Assembly: GCA_964639595.1 (NCBI GenBank)
Contig: CAZXEC010000002.1
Location: 13,621-74,868, forward strand
From: an uncultured Gammaproteobacteria bacterium
GTDB lineage: Bacteria > Patescibacteriota > Microgenomatia > CAZXEC01
Length of the DNA stretch: 61,248 nucleotides
Direction: 5' to 3'
This document shows, piece by piece, positions 55,924 through 61,248 of the stretch (position 1 is its first letter; each line of letters starts with the position of its first letter). The notes beneath the pieces were generated by a model. The model worked only from the letters and a program-made list of their open reading frames with translations, was not told the DNA's origin and ran no database searches. The translations under genes and the position numbers were made by a program.

Positions 55924-57366
55924 ATGCCCACCAAAGAAGGGCTCTTTTCCGAACATTTGCCACAGAGTTTTATAGAAAGGCTCTTTTCGAGACGGTTTGA
56001 TACTGTTTTAATCTCTGAATATCTGTCTATTCCCCAAGTGGTGGCTGGTTTTATTTACCAAAAGGTGGGGATCTTAACCAAAGACTGTTATTTAGTGCCT
56101 CGTCAAGATCGGCAAGCTTCTTTAGACTTAAAACAAAGAAGTTTGCCTCTTATTCACCCTGATTATTTAAACCCACGACTCTTGGAGCAAGTCATAGACC
56201 ACAGCCGGTTAAATGTTCACCAAAAAGGCAATTTGCGCCGGTTGGCCCTGTTTATCGAAGCATATCGGCCTTTTCCCGCCAAAGAATGGTGGAAAGCAGG
56301 AGAAATCCAACAAGACACCAAAAAAATTGCCCGAAAATCGCTGCATCAGTATTTGGCTACTATACTTTTGGCGGGGATAGGTGACCCTTTTTACGCTTAT
56401 AAAACTTGTTTAAAGGCTCTGGACAGGTTAGTAGCCCAAAAAGGAAGTCGCTTTTCTCCTTTGGCTTTGGCCAAATCGTATAGATTAAGCCAGCAGGCGA
56501 TCCGGTTGGCTCGGGAGAACTTGAGGCAAAAACCTCCATTGGCCACAGGCGAGGCGGATATTTGTCCTATAACCTTGACAGTGCCTTTTTTGAAAAGCGC
56601 TTATTACGAGCCAGATCGCATCGAATACGGCCAGGTGCAATTTGACTATGGCCGTCTCCGTTTATTAAAAGATCAGCATTGGGCTATTGCCGTGGGTGGG
56701 TCACCCCAAAGTGGTAAAAGCACCCTGTCTGTATCTTTGTGTCAAGCCATGGAGCACTTAGTTGGCGACTGTGTAGAGAGAGGGATTATTGACAAGGGGC
56801 AGGTGAGAATTGGTTTATGTGATTTGGACGTGTGGGCGCCGACTGCTTCCTATTTGGCCTCTGGCCAAGAGGTGCAAAGAGCAGACAGGGCCGAACGCCA
56901 AGCTCACGCCCTTTCCTTAATGGTTGGCTCAAACAAAGATTTTAGAGCCAGGAAAAAGCATGATAATGTGATTGTTGCTGATTTACCAGGAGGTAAACCC
57001 GATATATGGACGCAGTTTTTGGCTAATCCTTGCGATTTTTCCGTGATAGTGGACAAGGATTGGCAGCAGTCGGCCAAGGGGTGGCAAGATTTCTTATTAG
57101 GGTTTTATTTACCTCGACCAGTAGTGGGAATTCATACCAGATTCGGTGAAGAAGGTCGACAGAGCGGCATCCGTTTTTACCAGCACAGATCTCACAGTGG
57201 TAATTTTGTCCAAGGCCGGGTGGTCAATTTGGCAAGACAACCGGTGCCGGATGATCCGGTAGTTAATTTTGTGGCCCATGTTTTATTATTTGATTATCTG
57301 CCCCAAATGGTGACTGGCAAAGAGGTTTATCGTTATCAACTGGCCCAATCATTGGGATTGATCTAA
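55924..57366 (+). CDS. Hypothetical P-loop NTPase
   Basis: AVGGSPQSGKST (Walker A); GLCDLD and IVADLPG. Confidence 0.7.
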   Translation: MPTKEGLFSEHLPQSFIERLFSRRFDTVLISEYLSIPQVVAGFIYQKVGILTKDCYLVPRQDRQASLDLKQRSLPLIHPDYLNPRLLEQVIDHSRLNVHQKGNLRRLALFIEAYRPFPAKEWWKAGEIQQDTKKIARKSLHQYLATILLAGIGDPFYAYKTCLKALDRLVAQKGSRFSPLALAKSYRLSQQAIRLARENLRQKPPLATGEADICPITLTVPFLKSAYYEPDRIEYGQVQFDYGRLRLLKDQHWAIAVGGSPQSGKSTLSVSLCQAMEHLVGDCVERGIIDKGQVRIGLCDLDVWAPTASYLASGQEVQRADRAERQAHALSLMVGSNKDFRARKKHDNVIVADLPGGKPDIWTQFLANPCDFSVIVDKDWQQSAKGWQDFLLGFYLPRPVVGIHTRFGEEGRQSGIRFYQHRSHSGNFVQGRVVNLARQPVPDDPVVNFVAHVLLFDYLPQMVTGKEVYRYQLAQSLGLI

Positions 57367-57369
57367 TTT

Positions 57370-57858
57370 ATGATGGAAAGTTTTGGCAGAGATGCCCTTT
57401 TGGGTTTAGTGCCCTTGCCGGAAAAAGGAAAGCGGGACTATCTGATAGTGTCAGCCACTTTTGGTTTTGACGATCTAATCAGCAACCCCAAAATAGTGAA
57501 ACTGCGCAGTTTGATGTGGGAGCATTTACGCCTCAAAGGCGAATCAAGACCAATGGGTCAGGGGGCCATGCTGGTTTTTTATGACCGCCAGACTAAAAAA
57601 CTATTACATGTGTGTTTGGGCCGCGCCATCGGCGAGGATGACACTGGGCACCGGGCTTGGTTGGGTTTGCGCTACAGTCCGAAAGACAGCCCTTTGGTGC
57701 AGGTTGACTCTTGGCCAGTGGCTTATTCTGTGGTGAAAGAGCAAATTCCCGCTGATCATTTAGTGACTGGCCGGCCGGTGATGGCTGACGGACAAGAGTT
57801 CCTTCAGCAAATTCGCGAGCTGTTTCAGATTACTGATCAGTTGTTGGCGGGTGAGTAG
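57370..57858 (+). CDS. Hypothetical protein
   Basis: 162-aa ORF directly after the P-loop gene. Confidence 0.6.
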   Translation: MMESFGRDALLGLVPLPEKGKRDYLIVSATFGFDDLISNPKIVKLRSLMWEHLRLKGESRPMGQGAMLVFYDRQTKKLLHVCLGRAIGEDDTGHRAWLGLRYSPKDSPLVQVDSWPVAYSVVKEQIPADHLVTGRPVMADGQEFLQQIRELFQITDQLLAGE

Positions 57859-58256
57859 AAGTTGACAAATAATTTACCAATCACTGCTGCCAAACGAGGA
57901 TAGCCGTTGATCAATGCCCTATAATCCATCGGCTTTTTCCCTTCAATCTGGATCATTTTACCCGGCAAAAATTTAATAATTTTGCTGACAGCTTGCGGCT
58001 GACTGCTGACGGCTATTTTACTCCAAACTCCTGGCCAGGGATAATATGCCCGAATCATTCGCTCAAATCTATCCGATGATGGCAGATTAGCTAAATCAAC
58101 AAAACCATCTTCGCGCGTCAGAATTTTTGTAAAAGTTGCTTGCTGGTGGTCTTGTTCATGGGGAGGCAAGAAAAGCTTAATGCTGACCCCGATTTGATCC
58201 CGATTCAATCGGGATTGATCGGGGCTGACCGCTAACTGCCGTTTGCCGTGAGCCAT
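57837..58256 (-). CDS. fmt: Methionyl-tRNA formyltransferase, C-terminal part (separate frame)
   Basis: QDHQQATFTKILTREDG, IRAYYPWPGVW, IQIEGKKPM. Confidence 0.85.
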   Translation of the reverse strand: MAHGKRQLAVSPDQSRLNRDQIGVSIKLFLPPHEQDHQQATFTKILTREDGFVDLANLPSSDRFERMIRAYYPWPGVWSKIAVSSQPQAVSKIIKFLPGKMIQIEGKKPMDYRALINGYPRLAAVIGKLFVNFYSPANN

Positions 58257-58887
58257 TTTTTGCCCATTTGATATATTTTGGTATTGTTTGAACTAGTAAA
58301 TCTGTACCTAACTTGGCCATTTTTTGCGATAGTGATAAAAAAGTATCGTTAGGATCAATCGGTAGAGTAGCTTGAGAGAGTATTTGTCCATGGTCCATCT
58401 CCGCATCCATCAGCATAATAGTAACACCGGTTTCTTTTTCACCTTCCAATATGGCAGATTGGATAGGCGAGGCGCCGCGATACTTGGGCAAGAGCGACCC
58501 ATGGACATTAATATTACCTAACTTGGGGATGTCCAAAATCACTTGGGGAATAATTTTGCCATAAGAAGCAACAACTGAAAGGGTAAAGGGTAAAGCGGAA
58601 AGTGTAGAAACAAACTCCGGGTCCTTTAATTTTGATGGCTTAAGTAGTGTTATGTTATATTTTGATGCTGTTCTGGCAACAGCTGATGGTTGGGGAAGAG
58701 AATTTTTGCCGATTGGTTTATCAGGTCTGGTGACAACTAGTTGGGGAGCGTCGCCGGCTTTGATCAAGCCTTCTAGGATTGTTGCTCCAAACTCGGGAGT
58801 GCCAAAAAAGACGATATTTAAGTCATTAGCTAGTTGGTCATTTGTCACCGATTGTTTATTTGAATCCGATTTAATCTGATTTGACAT
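58177..58887 (-). CDS. fmt: Methionyl-tRNA formyltransferase, N-terminal part
   Basis: FFGTPEF, VVTRPDKP, NVHGSLLPKYRGASPIQ, MDAEMDHG. Confidence 0.93.
   Translation of the reverse strand: MSNQIKSDSNKQSVTNDQLANDLNIVFFGTPEFGATILEGLIKAGDAPQLVVTRPDKPIGKNSLPQPSAVARTASKYNITLLKPSKLKDPEFVSTLSALPFTLSVVASYGKIIPQVILDIPKLGNINVHGSLLPKYRGASPIQSAILEGEKETGVTIMLMDAEMDHGQILSQATLPIDPNDTFLSLSQKMAKLGTDLLVQTIPKYIKWAKNGSRQTAVSGQPRSIPIESGSNRGQH
58187..58224. mobile_element. Nested double family A palindrome in the fmt linker
   Basis: ctga|CCCCGAT ttga|TCCCGATTCAATCGGGA|ttga TCGGGG|ctga. Confidence 0.9.
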
Positions 58888-58933
58888 TTTGATTTTGGAT
58901 TTAATTTAATATTAGGATTTTGACATTTGAAAT

Positions 58934-59467
58934 TTATATTACAGGGTATTCAACTTTGGCCAGCTTATCTTTGCCGTCTTTGTCACGGCCAACAACTTTT
59001 AATAACTCTCCTTTTTGCTCAATCACCCTGTCCACAAACAGCTTAGCGTTAATATGATCAAGCTCATGTTGGAAAATACGAGCAGCCAAGCCTTTATAAG
59101 TCCTTTTAATAGTTTTCCCATGCCTGTTCTGGGCTCTGATGGAGACTTGGGCAGGGCGGGCCACCTGTCCATACATTGATGGTACTGACAAGCATCCTTC
59201 ATAGGCGACTGCTAATTTATCTGAAGATGAAGTAATTTCCGGATTGACAAAGGCAGTCAGATGTTGGCCGAACTTAAGCAGAAAAATCCGATCGGTCTGG
59301 CCAATTTGGTTGGAAGCAATGCCGACACCGGGCACTTTGGATGTCTTGAGAGCCTTTTCCAAATCAACAATTTTTGCCAGGGTCTGCTGGTTAATTTTGC
59401 CAACCGGTTTAGCTACAGTGCGAATTGCCGGATGATGAAAGTCAACAATAGAAACTTTTTTGGCCAT
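58934..59467 (-). CDS. def: Peptide deformylase
   Basis: GVGIASNQIG, EGCLSVP, QHELDH; start reassigned to MAKK. Confidence 0.95.
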   Translation of the reverse strand: MAKKVSIVDFHHPAIRTVAKPVGKINQQTLAKIVDLEKALKTSKVPGVGIASNQIGQTDRIFLLKFGQHLTAFVNPEITSSSDKLAVAYEGCLSVPSMYGQVARPAQVSIRAQNRHGKTIKRTYKGLAARIFQHELDHINAKLFVDRVIEQKGELLKVVGRDKDGKDKLAKVEYPVI

Positions 59468-59484
59468 AGCTATTTCGAGCTGTA

Positions 59485-59568
59485 ATATCCCGCTTCTGCG
59501 GGAATGCAAGCGAGAATCAAACTTTTCCGCTTGCGGAATACCTCGTAGCTTGCTACGAGGTAGTTTAT
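59485..59568. mobile_element. IS200/IS605-like hairpin element
   Basis: TACCTCGTAG-CTTG-CTACGAGGTA followed by GTTTAT; sister of 17549-17580. Confidence 0.55.
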
Positions 59569-60341
59569 TTGGCAATTATGACTCTTCCTTTCTCCAGTTT
59601 GATTTTTTTATGACCCAGGAGATTTAAGACTTCCGCGCCTAATTGGTCTTCCAACCGGTTCATTTTGGCCCGCAGGCTGTCCACGGTTTCTGCTGGTGCA
59701 ATTTTAACCCATTGCCTGGTAATGACCGGCCCGATATCATAGCCATCGGCAGTAATAAAATGAATGGTGGCTCCAGTGTGAGAAACCCCGCTGGATAGAA
59801 TTTCCGCAGCAATCTGGTCCCAGGCGCCGCGAAACACCGGTGATTTAGTGCCATCGGGGAGAGTGAGTTGGTTTTGGTCTTCATCCATATCTGGCAGATA
59901 AGCCGGGTGGACGTTGATAACCTGGCTGGGGAAAAATTGCAGGAACTCGCGGTGCAATACCAAATCCCAGCCGGTCATAAAGATAAAATCCGGATTGTAT
60001 GTTTCCTGCTTCAGAAAAGACCCCAGAGCCAATTCCCAGTCTTTTTTATACTGTTCTTCATCCAAATTAGGTGAGGTTAGTTTGACTTGCTTGACCATTT
60101 GTACCCGGTTCCAATAAATAGCGCCAAAACCTAACTTTTTAGCAAGCTCCACGCCGACCACGTCAATTTTGCCTTCCGGCGGTTTGCGGTGGGAAACAAC
60201 TAGCTTTAGATCTAAGTTAGAAGCACGGGCAGTGACGGCTTTGTACAGGGCCGGTGTACGTGAGCCGCGGCCAATTAGCAGTACCAGGCTGACTTTGCCA
60301 ATTCCCCCCTTTTCTACTTTAGCATGTTTTGTTTCGGTCAT
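59565..60341 (-). CDS. PurN-like formyltransferase
   Basis: LIGRGSR, LVVSH, TGWDLVL, INVHPAYLP, GATIHF, DIGPVI. Confidence 0.8.
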   Translation of the reverse strand: MTETKHAKVEKGGIGKVSLVLLIGRGSRTPALYKAVTARASNLDLKLVVSHRKPPEGKIDVVGVELAKKLGFGAIYWNRVQMVKQVKLTSPNLDEEQYKKDWELALGSFLKQETYNPDFIFMTGWDLVLHREFLQFFPSQVINVHPAYLPDMDEDQNQLTLPDGTKSPVFRGAWDQIAAEILSSGVSHTGATIHFITADGYDIGPVITRQWVKIAPAETVDSLRAKMNRLEDQLGAEVLNLLGHKKIKLEKGRVIIAK

Positions 60342-60402
60342 GCTTCAAATTGTAGCAAAAAATAAAATTGATGGCAATTGGAGAATTTTGGTAGTCCAAA
60401 GA

Positions 60403-61194
60403 TTATTTCGACCAGGCAGCCAGCTTTTCCCGAGCTAATTGGTCATTAGTATCAATATATGTCAAAATATATCGTAATTGATCAAGAGCGGCTGGGGTTT
60501 GGTCGGTTTCATACAAGTGGTCAGCCAGGCCCAGGCGGGCATCGCGCCAGTTAGGTTTTAAGGCTACAGTTTTTTTAAACAAGTCAATTGACTGTACTTT
60601 TTCTCCGGTAGTCCACAAGAATCGGGCATAGTTATAGTAAGTTTTAGCATCAGTCGGCGCCAGTTGGATGGTCTTTTTGTAGACTTGTCCGGCTTCTTGT
60701 AAATAAGCCGGATCAAGGTCTGACAAGTTGATATAGACGTTGATCAGATTTTTTTGATAGTTGAGGCTGTTAGGGCTGGTAGTGGTGGCTTTGTTTGCTT
60801 CTGATAAAGCCAAAATTTCCAGTTGCGCCGACAGAGAAGATTCTTTGACTTCGGAAGCTAAGGCCGAGGCAGTGTATGCCAGTTCCGAATGATAGAAAGG
60901 CTCCAGGGGATTGAGCTGGACTGCTTCCAGAAGATGCTCAAAACTTTTAGTTAAATCTCCCGCGCGGGAGGAGCTATAGCCGGTATTAAAGTTATTATCT
61001 GCCCACCATGCCCGCCATAAGGCGAAAAAAGATAAGAGATAAAAGATAAGGACAAGTAAGATAGCTGCTATCTGCCGGTAGCTTAAGGGTGAAGGGTCAA
61101 GGGTGAAGGATAAGGCATTTTTTTCCTGCCTTTCCCCTTGCTTGTCCCGCGAAGCCTTAGCGTAGTAGGAACCCTTACCGCTGACCCCGATCAA
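60403..61194 (-). CDS. TM plus TPR C-terminal part of a membrane protein (5' part outside the window or disrupted)
   Basis: TM, then TPR-like EAVQLNP, IQLAPTD, ALKPNW. Confidence 0.75.
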   Translation of the reverse strand: MIGVSGKGSYYAKASRDKQGERQEKNALSFTLDPSPLSYRQIAAILLVLIFYLLSFFALWRAWWADNNFNTGYSSSRAGDLTKSFEHLLEAVQLNPLEPFYHSELAYTASALASEVKESSLSAQLEILALSEANKATTTSPNSLNYQKNLINVYINLSDLDPAYLQEAGQVYKKTIQLAPTDAKTYYNYARFLWTTGEKVQSIDLFKKTVALKPNWRDARLGLADHLYETDQTPAALDQLRYILTYIDTNDQLAREKLAAWSK

Positions 61195-61221
61195 TCCCGA
61201 CTCAATCGGGATTGATCAGGG
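61185..61221. mobile_element. Symmetrised nested family A palindrome
   Basis: ctga|CCCCGA tcaa TCCCGACTCAATCGGGA ttga TCAGGG|ctga. Confidence 0.85.
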
Positions 61222-61248
61222 CTGACCGCCAACTCCCGCCTCCCGCAA

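Noticed and set aside
59468-59575. N-terminal extension of def
   Set aside because: It is the translation of the IS605-like hairpin element.
61200-61225. UGA recoding (genetic code 25) to explain the in-frame TGA
   Set aside because: Well-defined genes here end in TGA at expected positions (for example adk, rplJ, secE), and long ORFs are intact under code 11.

Overview
Chromosomal window of a small-genome bacterium. Gene content and family types (PEGA protein, sortase, YWGEG-type nuclease, RAYT, extended RplA) point to Patescibacteria/CPR, probably Microgenomates; this is an inference and no marker tree was run. Core genes: argS, adk, mreB, manB-like, suhB, galU, rpmB, def, fmt, and an rpmG-tRNA(Trp)-secE-nusG-rplK-rplA-rplJ-rplL operon broken up by inserted genes. 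There are six intact tRNAs and an L10 leader. Four things stand out. (1) A 17-bp palindrome (consensus CCCCGATTNAATCGGGG) occurs at 13 or more sites, almost always between 4-bp direct repeats, giving a net 21-bp insertion that adds 7 in-frame codons to proteins; it also inserts into its own centre. (2) Three tRNA genes are interrupted in the anticodon loop by a shared GC-rich repeat and each is followed by a different intact tRNA with the same anticodon; for Pro the intact tRNA is nested inside the old one. (3) An island of about 16 kb combines an ~800-aa Ser/Pro-repeat protein, paralogous glycosyltransferases, methyltransferases, a tatA-tatA-tatC operon and a candidate internal Tat-signal membrane protein. 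(4) Heptanucleotide tandem tracts and other REP-like families invade even essential CDSs. No CRISPR array, rRNA or intact prophage was seen. All calls were made by eye from the sequence and the ORF track; no database searches were run.
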